Below, in pieces: positions 42,702 to 52,913 of a stretch of DNA of 64,000 bases (within the stretch, counting starts at the first letter, position 1; the number at the start of each line of letters is the position of its first letter). Below the pieces are notes generated by a model. That model ran no database searches and had not been told where the DNA came from. It worked only from the letters and a program-made list of their open reading frames with translations. Where the stretch lies: positions 79,665 through 143,664 of the forward strand of contig DIBU01000008.1 of assembly GCA_002416125.1 (NCBI GenBank), in the 5' to 3' direction. This stretch comes from Halieaceae bacterium UBA5044 (GTDB taxonomy: Bacteria; Pseudomonadota; Gammaproteobacteria; Pseudomonadales; Halieaceae). The position numbers and the translations under genes are program-made.

Positions 42702-45700
42702 GATGCAGCTCCTGCGCTGTTCTTCGAGTCCTCAAGCACCACCAGTGCCTGCCCCGCGGCGACGCGACCGCCGGCGGTCGGCAACACCTGGGTGACCGTG
42801 CCATCGCAGGGGGCAGATACGGCAATCTCCATCTTCATCGATTCCAGCACCAGCAGCGCATCGCCGCGGCCCACGGTATCCCCCACCTGCACGCGCAGCT
42901 GCCAGACACTGCCGGAAACGGGGCTGTCCACGACGGTGGCGCTGTCGGGCCAGCTCTGCTCTTCCACAGCCGGGGGCTGCTCTTCTTCAGCGAAGTTGAA
43001 CTGCCCGCTGGCGTGCCACTGCGCCAGCTCTGCCGCGAAGGCCTGTTGACGGCGGCTACGGAAGTCGTCGATGGCCCCTGCATGGTCGGCCAGCAGCTGC
43101 TCGTAGTCGGCCAGTGAGAACTGGCTCTGCTCAATGGTCAGCGGATAGCGCCCCTGCGGGAAGTCACGACGGATTTGCTGCAGCTCGTCGTGACTGACTT
43201 CATAAAAGCGAATCTGGTCGAAGAAACGCAGCAGCCAGGGCTCCTCGAAGGCGTCGGTACGTCGATAGCGGTTCCACATCTGCAGGGTGCGCCCGACGAA
43301 CTGGTAGCCTCCCGGGCCCTCCATGCCATACACGCAGAGATAGGAACCCCCGATACCCACGGAGTTTTCTGCCGTCCAGGTGCGCGCGGGATTGTACTTG
43401 GTGGTGACCAGGCGGTGCCGGGGGTCTACCGGCGTAGCCACCGGCGCCCCGAGATAGACATCACCCAGCCCCATCACCAGGTACGCGGCCTCAAATACAA
43501 TGCGCTTGACGGCCTCGATGTCTTCGAGCCCGTTGATGCGGCGAATGAATTCCAGGTTACTCGGGCACCAGGGGGCATTCTTTCGCACGGACTGCGTGTA
43601 TTTTTCGATGGCGAGCCGGCAGGCCTCATCATCCCAGGACAGCGGCAGGTGCACGATGCGTGAGGGCACGCTGAGTTGCGCCAGTTGCGTGGCCAGCTCG
43701 CGCTCGCCGCGCTCGAGGTGCGCAAGCAGGGCATCGTGGCCCAGCACCTGGCTGTCGTAGTGAATCTGCAGCGAGCGGATCCCCGGGATCAACTCGCGCA
43801 GCCCCGGCAGCGAGTATTGCTGCAACCACTGCATGAGTGCATGGGCCCGGAAGCGCAGCCGAATATCGAGTTCCTGCTCGCCGTACTCGACCAGCAGAAA
43901 GTGGTCTCCCGCGCTGCGGCAGACAATCTCGTCACCGAAGGTCTCCGCGGGGAAGCGCGCCAGCACCGGCGACAGCGGTGCCGCCGGCTGCCACTCACAG
44001 GCAACCGGTGCAAGCGCGGCAATGGCCTCACTCTGGGCGGCCTCGAGCGCCACCGCCTGGGGCAGCGACACAGGCACAAAGCGCAGCGTGTCGCCAGCCC
44101 GCAGCTGCCCGAGCTTCCACAGATCCGCGGTAATCACCGTCGCCGGGCACACGAACCCTCCCAGTGAGGGGCCATCCGGGCCGAGAATAACGGGCATATC
44201 ACCGGTGAAATCCACCGTGCCGAAGGCGTAGCCATTGTCGTGAATGTTGGAGGGGTGCAGGCCTGCCTCACCACCGTCGGCACGGGCCCACTGCGGTTTC
44301 GGGCCAATCAGGCGCACACCCGTGCGGCTGGAGTTGTAGTGAACCTCCCAGTCGGTGGCAAAGAATGTGGCGATGTCGTCATCCGTGAAGAAATCAGGGG
44401 CGCCGTGGGGGCCGTAAATTACCCTCAGCTGCCACTGCCGGTGGATGTCGGGCTGCAGTGCAGTGGGAAGCCGCTGCGCTGCCGCGGGGAGCGCAGGCTC
44501 CTCACTCAGGTGCAGCACGTCACCGGCCCTCAGCGCACGGCCGTTGTGGCCGCCGAACTGGCCGAGTGTGAAGGTGGAGCGCGAACCGAGATACGCCGGG
44601 CACTGAAAACCGCCGCGTACCGCGAGGTACGCGCGCGCCCCGGCTTCACGCACCCGTCCCAGTTGCAGTGTCTGGCCCGCGCGCACGGCAACCACCTCCC
44701 ACGGAAAGACGGGTTGCTCATCGAGGGTGGCCTCGATCGCCGCGCCGGCAATCACCATTTGCGTATCGACAGCGAAGCGCAACAGCGGGCCCTGCAGGGT
44801 AATCTCCAGAGCGCTGGCATCGGCCTCGTTGTTCAGCAGGCGGTTCGCGAGGCGGAACGAGTAGCTGTCGAAAGGGCCGGAAGGCGGCACGCCAACATCC
44901 CAGTGCCCCTGCCGACCCGGGTAGTCCTGCAGTGTGGTCTGTGTTCCGCCCTGCAGCACATCAACCCGCGCCGGGCGATGACTGAAGCGGTTCAGGTAGC
45001 GGGTGGTCACCTGTCCCTGCAGCAGCGTGGCATCGCGGCTCAGGGCCCGCAGGTAACCGAGATTGGTCTCACTGCCGTAGAGTTCGATCTCGTCGAGGGT
45101 GCGCTGCAGCTTCTGCAGTGCCGCGCTGCGGTCGGCGGCGTGCACAATCACCTTGGCCAGCATTGGATCAAAGAAGGGAGGCACCTCAACGCCGGACTCA
45201 ATCCAGTGGTCAATGCGCACCCCGTCGCCGGAGGGAAAACTGACGTGGCTCAGCAGGCCCGCGCAGGGCTGAAAGTCCAGCGACGGGTCCTCGGCGTAGA
45301 CGCGCACCTGCACGGCGTGACCCCGTGGCCGCAGGGCGACGCGCTCGGCATCCAGGTCGGGAGCAGTGCCGGCAGCAATGCGCAGCATCCATTCCACCAG
45401 GTCTACGCCATACACTTCTTCCGTCACGCCGTGCTCAACCTGCAGCCGCGTATTGACCTCGAGAAAATAAAACGCTGCCGTGTCGGCATCGTAGATGAAC
45501 TCCACGGTGCCGGCGTTGCGGTAGCCTATGCTCGACAACAGGCGTTCAGCGGTACTGTGCAGAGCGGTACGGGTCGCGTCCTCCAGATTGGGGGCGGGGC
45601 ATTCTTCAACCACTTTCTGGTTGCGTCGCTGGCTTGAACAGTCACGCTCCCCGAGCGCCAGCGCCCTGCCCTGGCCGTCTCCCACCACCTGCACTTCAAT

Positions 45701-46321
45701 GTGCCGGGCACGGCCGATGAATTTCTCCAGGAACACGCTGTCGTCAGCGAAGTTGTTGGCGCCCAGCCGACGCACAGAATCAAACGCACCGGCCAGCTCT
45801 GCTGCATCGTGGCAAAGCTGCATGCCTATGCCGCCACCGCCAGCCGTGCTCTTCAGCATCACCGGATAGCCAATACGCAGCGCCTCTGCTTCCGCCGCCG
45901 CCAGCGTGTCGAGCAACCCGGAACCCGGCAACAGTGGAACACCCGCGGCCTCCGCCAGGTCCCGGGCCCGGTGCTTGAGCCCAAAGGCCTGCATCTGCTC
46001 AGGTGTCGGCCCGATAAAGGCGATGCCCGCCGCTTCGCAGCGCCTGACGAATTCAGCGTTTTCGCTGAGAAAACCGTAGCCCGGATGAATGGCCTGCGCG
46101 CCGCTCTCGCGCGCCACCTCGAGAATGCGCTCCATGTTGAGGTAGGTCTCGGCGGCACCCCCCTCCCCCAGGCAGAAAGCCTGGTCCGCCTGTCGCACAT
46201 GCAGGCTGTCGGCATCGCAGTCTGCATATACCGCCACAGAGCGGATATCCATTCGACGCAGGGTGCGCAGGATGCGGGTGGCGATCGCCCCCCTGTTGGC
46301 TACAAGTACAGTGTCAAACAT
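42698..46321 (-). CDS. urea-carboxylase-family biotin carboxylase, probably guanidine carboxylase
   Basis: ATG 46321 (the track start is TTG 46327). N-terminal biotin carboxylase (MFDTVLVANRGAIATRILRT), central KipI/KipA-like carboxyltransferase domains, C-terminal biotinyl motif LVLESMKMEIAV. The guanidine assignment rests on the upstream ykkC riboswitch and the DUF1989 pair. Confidence 0.9.
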
Positions 46322-46393
46322 CGTCAAACCTGGCGCGGGTCGTCCCGTCTCATCGTTGCCGGCTATGGTCGTCCACAGCCGGGGTTATCTGAT

Positions 46394-47035
46394 TCAGCGA
46401 TCCCAGACCAACACCTCAACCGGCGTTGGATTAAAACCATTGCAGGGATTGTTCAGTTGGGGGCAATTGGAAATCAGCACCAGCACATCCATCAGCGCCG
46501 TCAATTCGACATATTTGCCCGGCGCGGAAATACCGTCCTCAAAGGTCAGGCCGCCCTCCGCGGTGACTGGCACGTTCATGAAAAAGTTGATGTTGTGGCC
46601 GATATCACGCTTGTGCAGGCCATACTCGGGGTGTTCGGCAATCGCCAGCATCCAGCTGTCGCGACAGGAGTGCATGCAGCGTTTCTCAAGGTCGTAGCGC
46701 ACCGTATTGCTCTCACTGGCGCAGGCGCCGCCCAGGGTGTCGTGACGACCACAGGTGTCCGCGACAATTTCCAGCATGGGACGGTTGCGGCTGGAACGCA
46801 GTATGGACCCCGCGCTCAGGTACACATTGCCCTGTTCGCGCAGGGTATCGGTCGCGCTGTAGCGCTCGGCGCTGTCCTCTGCGTTGAAGAACAGGGTATC
46901 AGCGGCCTGATTGCCCTCGAGATCCAGAATACGCAGTGTCTGGCCCGCGTTCAGCCGACCCAGGTAATAGTCGCCGGCGGGCACGGTGGTGCGGGAATGC
47001 GCCTCATCGGGGCGCCGTACACTTTCAGTCAACAT
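46394..47035 (-). CDS. DUF1989 urea-carboxylase-associated protein (carboxyguanidine deiminase subunit candidate)
   Basis: Trimmed to ATG 47035. About 213 aa. Paralogous to the adjacent gene. This is the standard pair found beside urea-type carboxylases. Confidence 0.8.
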   Translation of the reverse strand: MLTESVRRPDEAHSRTTVPAGDYYLGRLNAGQTLRILDLEGNQAADTLFFNAEDSAERYSATDTLREQGNVYLSAGSILRSSRNRPMLEIVADTCGRHDTLGGACASESNTVRYDLEKRCMHSCRDSWMLAIAEHPEYGLHKRDIGHNINFFMNVPVTAEGGLTFEDGISAPGKYVELTALMDVLVLISNCPQLNNPCNGFNPTPVEVLVWDR

Positions 47036-47045
47036 GGTGGACTCC

Positions 47046-47762
47046 TCAGCCTCCCAGGTGATACAGCAGGTTGTTGTGGAAGCCGCGCCGGTTCTCATCG
47101 CAATGATTCAGGCAGATGTCGTCCTCAGCCACCGGAGCCGCCTTGCCCAGTGCGATATGCACGGGGCTACGCGGATAGGACGGCGCGCGATGCAGTGGAT
47201 GGGGGCAGGCGTGGAGCAGTACCAGCGTGTCCATCTCAAAGCGCAGGGTGACGTGGCTGCCGGCCGCGCTATGCCCCTCCACCCGACGCAGATTCCCGTC
47301 CTCGTCGGTGGAAACACGGCTGAACCAGTTGATATTGGCGGCCATATCCGCCGCACCGAGCCCATACTTGGCGAGTTCGACAAGAAACGCATCGTGGCCA
47401 TTCTGGTGCCAGTCGTTGCGATCGCCCTGGTAATCGCGGCCGCCCCACTGTTGCGCGACATGTTCGGCACGGGAATTGCCGCATACCGTCTCATGCCACC
47501 CCAGGGAGTCCTCCACAATGGAGGCAAAAATGCGGCCCATATCCGAATACAGGCAATGCCCCCGGGTGAGCTTGAAGGTGTGCTGGCATTTAAGCGTGTC
47601 GGGTGCGTTGTAGCGCTCCTGCAGGTTTTCGGGGTTGTAAAACAGCATCCCCAGATTGGCGTCGCCGCGGCTGTCGGTAAGCCGCATTGCTGTCCCCCTG
47701 CGCAGGCGCAGTGACCAGTGGCCACCGGGAGCGATTTCGGTTTCATACTCGCAAGCGTTCAT
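47046..47762 (-). CDS. DUF1989 urea-carboxylase-associated protein (carboxyguanidine deiminase subunit candidate)
   Basis: Trimmed to ATG 47762 ([23 protein letters not shown]...). About 238 aa. Confidence 0.8.
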   Translation of the reverse strand: MNACEYETEIAPGGHWSLRLRRGTAMRLTDSRGDANLGMLFYNPENLQERYNAPDTLKCQHTFKLTRGHCLYSDMGRIFASIVEDSLGWHETVCGNSRAEHVAQQWGGRDYQGDRNDWHQNGHDAFLVELAKYGLGAADMAANINWFSRVSTDEDGNLRRVEGHSAAGSHVTLRFEMDTLVLLHACPHPLHRAPSYPRSPVHIALGKAAPVAEDDICLNHCDENRRGFHNNLLYHLGG

Positions 47763-47766
47763 GATG

Positions 47767-48543
47767 TCATTCCGTTTCTGTTGCCGTGCGCGCCAGGTCG
47801 CGATCAATGTCAGACAGGGTGTCCCGGTCAATCTTGCCTACCGGCAAGTCGTAGGTGATGGTCGCGCCATAGGCGTCGGGTGCCTGGGGATCGTGTCGTG
47901 TCTTGTCGAATACCCAGAGCCGGGTACCCAGGTAGAAACCCTCCTTGAGATCGTGGGTGACCATGAACACCGTGAGCCGGTACTGGCGCCAGAGGCGCAG
48001 CACGAGGTCGTGCATGTCGGCCCGGATACCGGGGTCCAGGGCACCGAACGGCTCGTCGAGAAGGAGAATACCGGGGCGGCCAAGCAGCGCCTGGGCGATG
48101 GCGAGACGCTGGCGCATGCCACCGGAGAGCTCGGCGGGATACTGCCCCTGCGCGTGGGACAGACCCACTTCCTCGAGCAGGGCCAGGGCCTCCTCCCGCG
48201 CCGCGCGGCGCGCGCTGCCAAACAGTGCGCCGGTAAGATTGCGGCGGGAGAAACCGCGAGCAGCCATCACGTTCTGCAAAACCGTCATATGCGGGAACAC
48301 GGAGTACTGCTGGAACACGATGCCCCGGTCCGGGCCCGGTTCGCCGGGTACGGGCTTGCCGTGCAGCAGTAACTCACCGCTGCTGACGGGCTCGGTGCCC
48401 AGCAGCATGTTCAGGAAGGTGCTTTTACCGCATCCCGAGGTGCCCACCAGGGTGATGAACTCTCCTTCCTCAACCCGCAGGTTGACGCGCTCCAGCACCA
48501 CTTTGTCACCGTACTTCTTCCACAGATTGCGCGCTTCAATCAT
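47767..48543 (-). CDS. ABC transporter ATP-binding protein (NitT/TauT family)
   Basis: From ATG 48543. Walker A GTSGCGKST, signature LSGGMRQR, Walker [12 protein letters not shown]. Confidence 0.9.
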   Translation of the reverse strand: MIEARNLWKKYGDKVVLERVNLRVEEGEFITLVGTSGCGKSTFLNMLLGTEPVSSGELLLHGKPVPGEPGPDRGIVFQQYSVFPHMTVLQNVMAARGFSRRNLTGALFGSARRAAREEALALLEEVGLSHAQGQYPAELSGGMRQRLAIAQALLGRPGILLLDEPFGALDPGIRADMHDLVLRLWRQYRLTVFMVTHDLKEGFYLGTRLWVFDKTRHDPQAPDAYGATITYDLPVGKIDRDTLSDIDRDLARTATETE

Positions 48544-49361
48544 CAGTGGGCCCCCTGGTGATGCCACGGAAACAGGCGACGGCTGAGGGCTGCCAGCAGC
48601 GCATCAATCACAAACGCCAGCAGGGTGATCCAGGCTACATAGGGCAGGATAACGTCCATCGCCATGTAGCGGCGCACCAGAAAGATGCGATAGCCCAGGC
48701 CCTCGGTCGCGGCAATCGCTTCGGCGGCAATGAGAAACAGCCAGCCGGCGCCCAGCGAAAGACGCACTGCGTCGACCAGTCGCGGCATCAGCTGCGGTAA
48801 CAGCACCCGGCAGATGATCTGACTGGTATTCGCTCCCAGAGTTTGCGCCTTGACCAGCTGCTCCGAGGGTATCTCCTGCGTGCGCCGCTGTATGTCGCGG
48901 GCAATGAACGGTGTGATGCCAATGGCGATCAAGGCCACCTTCGACAATTCACCCAGACCAAACACGATGAACAGGACGGGAAGAATCGCCAGCGGGGGAA
49001 TCAGCGACACCACGGTCAGCAGGGGACTCGCCGTCGCTGCCACCAGCGGCAGGGCACCGGTGAACAATCCCAGTGCAAGGCCGATCACCGCCGCGATCAC
49101 CACCCCCAGCCCAAGCCGGGTAAGGCTGCTCAGCGTGTCCTCCCAGAGCAGGTAGTCACCGCTGCGCTTGCTCGGCTCGAAGGCCATGCGCTGTATGGCA
49201 TCGCCGATCTGCGCGAAGCTGGGCAGCAGTTTGTCTGCGGGGTTTTCCGCCAATCGGGCATCCGAAGCCAGCATGTACAGCAGCACCAGTGCCACAAAAG
49301 GCAACAGGGTAAGCAGCACGCGCAGCATCGGCGCAGGTGTCTGGTTAATCAGGCGTTTCAT
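48543..49361 (-). CDS. ABC transporter permease (NitT/TauT family)
   Basis: From ATG 49361 (MKRLINQTPAPMLRV...). Six TM helices, EAA-like loop. The stop shares a base with the ATPase start. Confidence 0.85.
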   Translation of the reverse strand: MKRLINQTPAPMLRVLLTLLPFVALVLLYMLASDARLAENPADKLLPSFAQIGDAIQRMAFEPSKRSGDYLLWEDTLSSLTRLGLGVVIAAVIGLALGLFTGALPLVAATASPLLTVVSLIPPLAILPVLFIVFGLGELSKVALIAIGITPFIARDIQRRTQEIPSEQLVKAQTLGANTSQIICRVLLPQLMPRLVDAVRLSLGAGWLFLIAAEAIAATEGLGYRIFLVRRYMAMDVILPYVAWITLLAFVIDALLAALSRRLFPWHHQGAH

Positions 49362-49420
49362 GATCAATCCTTGATGGGGTGGAGCACGGGAGAGCAACGC
49401 TCCCGTGCCCTGCCGTGGGC

Positions 49421-50461
49421 CTAGAGTTCGCCGTCCAGGGCCATTTGCATGTAGGTCGGATCAAAACGCAGCTTGATGTTATTGCTATCACCGTAGACGC
49501 CCGCGGGTGTCTCCACACCGATGAACGTGGCACCAGGCGCGCCCTCACCCAGCAAGCCGTGTTTGTGCGAGAACTCCGCCACCGTCTGCATGGTGGCCTT
49601 CACCTGCTCGCTGTTGGTCAGGGCCAGCGCTTCCGCCGGGGTGTAGAACATTTCGGTGCTGGCCAGTTGCGACTCAAAACCTGCAAGGTCGGTACCGGAC
49701 AGTTCCGCCAGGAAGGTCTTGGCGGCGGTCGCGCGCTCATCGCCACCGTTCATGTGTGCCATGATTTCGTACCACGCCCCGGTCAGCGCCTTGCCCAGCG
49801 CCGGGTAGGCCGCCAGCGTCTCGGTGTTGATGATCAACAGGTCGATCACCTCGCCGGGGATCTGGGAGGAGTCGAATACGAGGTGGCTGTCTGGCATGGC
49901 GGCCACTTCACTCAACAGGGGATTCCAGGTCGCGACTGCCGTCACACCGGGTGTCGCATAGACCGCCACCATATCGGCGTCCGAGGTGTTCACCACCTGG
50001 ACATCGCGCTCGGTAAGACCCACGCTTTCCAGGCCGCGGGCCAGCAGATAGTGGGACACGCTTAGCTCGACCAGATTCACGGTCTGCCCCTTGATGTCCG
50101 CCATTGAGTCCTTGCCTTTGAGCACGATACCGTCATTGCCGTTGGAAAAGTCGCCGACGATCAGCGCCGTGCTGTCCACACCGCCCGCCGCCGGAATGGT
50201 CAGCGCATCCATGTTCGTCATGGTGCAGGCATCGAACTCGCCCATGCTGTACTGGTTGATGGATTCGATGTAGTCGTTGATCTGCACCACTTCGATATTG
50301 ATGCCGTATTTGTCGGCCCACTTCTTCACGATGCCCTGTTCGGCACCGTAGGCCCAGGGTACCCAGCCGACGTAGATCGACCAGCAGATCTTGAAGCTGT
50401 CGCGGGCCGATGCCGTTGACGACAACATCACAAGGAGCAGGAATAGGGTAAATCGCTTCAT
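49421..50461 (-). CDS. periplasmic substrate-binding protein of the urea-carboxylase-region type (NMT1-like); candidate guanidine-binding protein
   Basis: From ATG 50461 (MKRFTLFLLLVMLSSTASA signal). FKICWSIYVGWVPWAYG motif, as recalled for the ABC_peri_uca family. Confidence 0.85.
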   Translation of the reverse strand: MKRFTLFLLLVMLSSTASARDSFKICWSIYVGWVPWAYGAEQGIVKKWADKYGINIEVVQINDYIESINQYSMGEFDACTMTNMDALTIPAAGGVDSTALIVGDFSNGNDGIVLKGKDSMADIKGQTVNLVELSVSHYLLARGLESVGLTERDVQVVNTSDADMVAVYATPGVTAVATWNPLLSEVAAMPDSHLVFDSSQIPGEVIDLLIINTETLAAYPALGKALTGAWYEIMAHMNGGDERATAAKTFLAELSGTDLAGFESQLASTEMFYTPAEALALTNSEQVKATMQTVAEFSHKHGLLGEGAPGATFIGVETPAGVYGDSNNIKLRFDPTYMQMALDGEL

Positions 50462-50519
50462 GGTGTACCTCTCAGTCGGGTTGGGTCGGTTGATCACAGA
50501 GTACCCCCGGCATTTCGCC

Positions 50520-50622
50520 TTCAGTTCTCCCGGGCTTTTATCCCGCCGTGTAACCCTTCACCGAAAGGTCGAGTGCTCTCGGACCAGTCACCACCGGTAC
50601 AGTGGTCGGAACCCTAGCGCTC
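50520..50622 (-). promoter_or_regulatory. guanidine-I (ykkC) riboswitch aptamer in the 5' leader of the ABC/carboxylase operon
   Basis: The reverse complement reads GCGCUAGGGUUCCGACCACUGUACCGGUGGUGACUGGUCCGAGAGCACUCGACCUUUCGGUGAAGGGUUACACGGCGGGAUAAAAGCCCGGGAGAA. All three invariant ykkC blocks are present in order. Confidence 0.88.
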
Positions 50623-50671
50623 TATTGGTTTTCATGTCACGTCATGTCAGGAGTACGGACAGGTAAGGCAA

Positions 50672-50687
50672 AGCAGGAACCATGCCA
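50672..50687 (-). promoter_or_regulatory. sigma54-type -24/-12 promoter for the riboswitch-led guanidine operon
   Basis: The reverse complement is TGGCATGGTTCCTGCT, with GG-N10-GC at exact consensus spacing (consensus TGGCAC-N5-TTGCW). About 50 nt upstream of the aptamer. Confidence 0.55.
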
Positions 50688-50740
50688 GAACCGTCAATCC
50701 CGCCGACAGCGGCCACACTGCGACCCTGAGCGCGGTACGC

Positions 50741-50894
50741 TGCACCGGAAAATGCACCAAATGCATGCCCTGCGCCATTCTGGTGCATCGCGCCAGGGCG
50801 CCCGGGCTGGCGGACGGAGTGACCCCGAACGCCGCTCGCCGCCACCGCCGCGACCTGCACCAAAAAGGACGCGGGATGCACACCTCGCGGTGCA
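50741..50894. promoter_or_regulatory. NtrC-like enhancer region shared by two divergent sigma54-type promoters
   Basis: One near-consensus site, TGCGCCATTCTGGTGCA, at 50771..50787 (consensus TGCACC-N5-GGTGCA). TGCACC half-sites at 50741, 50753 and 50856. Palindrome ATGCAC-N8-GTGCAT at 50876..50895. Confidence 0.5.
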
Positions 50895-50978
50895 TCGCCC
50901 CGCGACACACCCGAGTCAATCTTTACCGATCCGGTATTTTTTATTATTTTTCAATAGGTTGTGATTATACATACATCT

Positions 50979-50994
50979 TGGCATGGAAGTTGCT
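50979..50994 (+). promoter_or_regulatory. sigma54-type -24/-12 promoter for the TIM-barrel/desaturase/ABC operon
   Basis: TGGCATGGAAGTTGCT with exact GG-N10-GC spacing, 35 nt upstream of ATG 51029. Preceded by an AT-rich tract containing an IHF-like TTCAATAGGTTG. Confidence 0.6.
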
Positions 50995-51028
50995 CCTCGG
51001 TATAGAGCACGCTATCCAGGATCAGATC

Positions 51029-51901
51029 ATGCAATTACGCACCTTTAAAACCCTGTGGGGCCACACAGGCAGCATCGACCAGGGCGCCCTGCTCGCCCGC
51101 ACTGCAGGGTGTGCCGGCTTAGAGGCGCCGGCAATACACAGCGCGCCCGGGCACCTCGAGCAACTCGCCAGTGCGCTGCAGACACATGAGCTGGAGTGGA
51201 TCCAGGAAATCTGCACCGCGGGCTCCTACGTTCCCCGGCGAGACGCCAGCGTCAGCGAACACCTCGAGGACCTGGAGGCACAGATTGTGCTGGGCAAACC
51301 TCTCGCGCCACGCTTTATCAACGTGATGGGCGGCTGCGATGCCTGGCCCGTTCAGGACAGCGTGGACTTCTTCAGGGCGGCCATGGATATCGCCGACCGG
51401 CACGATGTGCTCTGCTCCTTCGAGACACACCGTGGACGCAGCTTCTATTGCCCCTGGAACACTGTGGCGATTCTGCAGGCGCTGCCGGCACTGAAAATCA
51501 CCTGTGACTTCAGCCATTGGGTGGTCGTCTGCGAACGCCTGATGGACAGTGAGTGGGACGCCGTCACCCTGGCCGCGCAACACGCACACCACATTCACGG
51601 GCGCATCGGTTATGACCAGGGGCCCCAGGTGCCCCACCCCGGCGCACCCGAGTATGCCGACGCACTGGCCAGTCACCAGCGCTGCTGGGAGGCCATCTGG
51701 CAGGCGCAGCAGGCGCGGGGCTACAGCGAAACAACACTGACGCCGGAATTCGGGCCCGATGGCTATCTGCACCACCTGCCGTTTACCAACGCCCCCATCG
51801 CAGACCTCTGGGAACTCAACCGCTGGATTGGCGCCGAGGAGCAAAGGCACTTCGCGCGCTGGTCGCATGCCAACGCCACCAAGGAGGCCCGTCATGCGTG
51901 A
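51029..51901 (+). CDS. xylose-isomerase-like TIM-barrel protein (sugar phosphate isomerase/epimerase family), function unknown
   Basis: The real gene is the 3' part of track ORF 50765..51901, from ATG 51029 (MQLRTFKTLWGH...). Metal-ligand-like motifs SFETHRG, CDFSHW, HIHGRIG and TPEFGP are typical of the AP_endonuc_2 fold. Confidence 0.75.
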   Translation: MQLRTFKTLWGHTGSIDQGALLARTAGCAGLEAPAIHSAPGHLEQLASALQTHELEWIQEICTAGSYVPRRDASVSEHLEDLEAQIVLGKPLAPRFINVMGGCDAWPVQDSVDFFRAAMDIADRHDVLCSFETHRGRSFYCPWNTVAILQALPALKITCDFSHWVVVCERLMDSEWDAVTLAAQHAHHIHGRIGYDQGPQVPHPGAPEYADALASHQRCWEAIWQAQQARGYSETTLTPEFGPDGYLHHLPFTNAPIADLWELNRWIGAEEQRHFARWSHANATKEARHA

Positions 51902-52907
51902 CGCTCTCAAACTGCGCGACCCCGCGGGCGCGCACTACACGCTGCTGGTGCTCGCCTATATTGCACTGACCTATACAGGCGGCTGGGCGGCGCTGTTCCA
52001 GCCCAGTGCGGCGGTCAACGCGCTGGGCGTTGTCGTGCTGGCACACAGCATGCTGATCGCCGCCTACCTGCTGCACGATTGCGGACACAACGCGGTGTTC
52101 ATGTCGGCGAAGACCAACGCGGCACTGGGCAAGGTTCTCAACTGGATAACCGGCAGCTGCTACGGGCGCTTTGAGGATATCCGCTACAAGCACATGCGCC
52201 ACCATGTCGACAACTACGACCCCGTGGTGTGGGACTACCGCAGCTTCCTGAAACGCCACCCCGGCCTCGCGAGGCTGGTGCATGCCGCGGAATGGGCCTA
52301 CATACCCGCCGTTGAAATCATGATGCACACCATGCTGGTCCTCGCACCCTGGGTGATCGAGTCCAAACGCGCTCAACGCGGTCGTGTGCTGCGCGTATTG
52401 CTGGTTCGTGGTGCACTGCTCGGGCTGGTACTGTTCATCAGCCCCGTTGCCTTCCTGCTGTACGCGCTGGCGCAGCTGTTGCTGCTCACTGCCCTGCGCT
52501 TCATGGATTGCTACCAGCACAACTACGAGGTGATCTTTAATCTCGACGACCCGGATACAGTGTTTCCCCACAAGGGTGATGCCAAGTACGAACAGCGCAA
52601 CACCTACAGCAACCTCCTGTCACACCGCTTTCCCGCCATCAACCTGCTGGTGCTCAATTTCTGCTATCACAATGCACACCACGAGAAGCCCACGCTGGGC
52701 TGGTACCGCCTGCCAGAGCTGCATCGCAGCATGCAGCCCGACGTCGAGGCACAGACACTGGGTTTTGTGCCGCAGGCGCGTGCCTTTCACAAACACCGGG
52801 TGGCACGCATTTACGCTGAAGAATACGGCGCCGATGAGGTAAAGACCTCACTCAACGAGGGGCGCGCGGTCGGTGTCGACGCGCTCAGCTTCCTGACGGC
52901 GTTCTAG
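51894..52907 (+). CDS. membrane fatty-acid-desaturase-family di-iron protein, substrate unknown
   Basis: ATG 51894 has AAGGAGG upstream and overlaps the previous stop (ATGCGTGA). Three His boxes: HDCGH, HMRHH, HNAHH. Several TM helices. Confidence 0.85.
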   Translation: MRDALKLRDPAGAHYTLLVLAYIALTYTGGWAALFQPSAAVNALGVVVLAHSMLIAAYLLHDCGHNAVFMSAKTNAALGKVLNWITGSCYGRFEDIRYKHMRHHVDNYDPVVWDYRSFLKRHPGLARLVHAAEWAYIPAVEIMMHTMLVLAPWVIESKRAQRGRVLRVLLVRGALLGLVLFISPVAFLLYALAQLLLLTALRFMDCYQHNYEVIFNLDDPDTVFPHKGDAKYEQRNTYSNLLSHRFPAINLLVLNFCYHNAHHEKPTLGWYRLPELHRSMQPDVEAQTLGFVPQARAFHKHRVARIYAEEYGADEVKTSLNEGRAVGVDALSFLTAF

Positions 52908-52913
52908 ATCGCG

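Noticed and set aside
50876-50895. Strong palindrome ATGCAC-N8-GTGCAT as a second full NtrC site.
   Set aside because: The half-site spacing is one base longer than the TGCAC-N7-GTGCA geometry of the consensus. I kept it only as part of the enhancer region. It may bind a different regulator.
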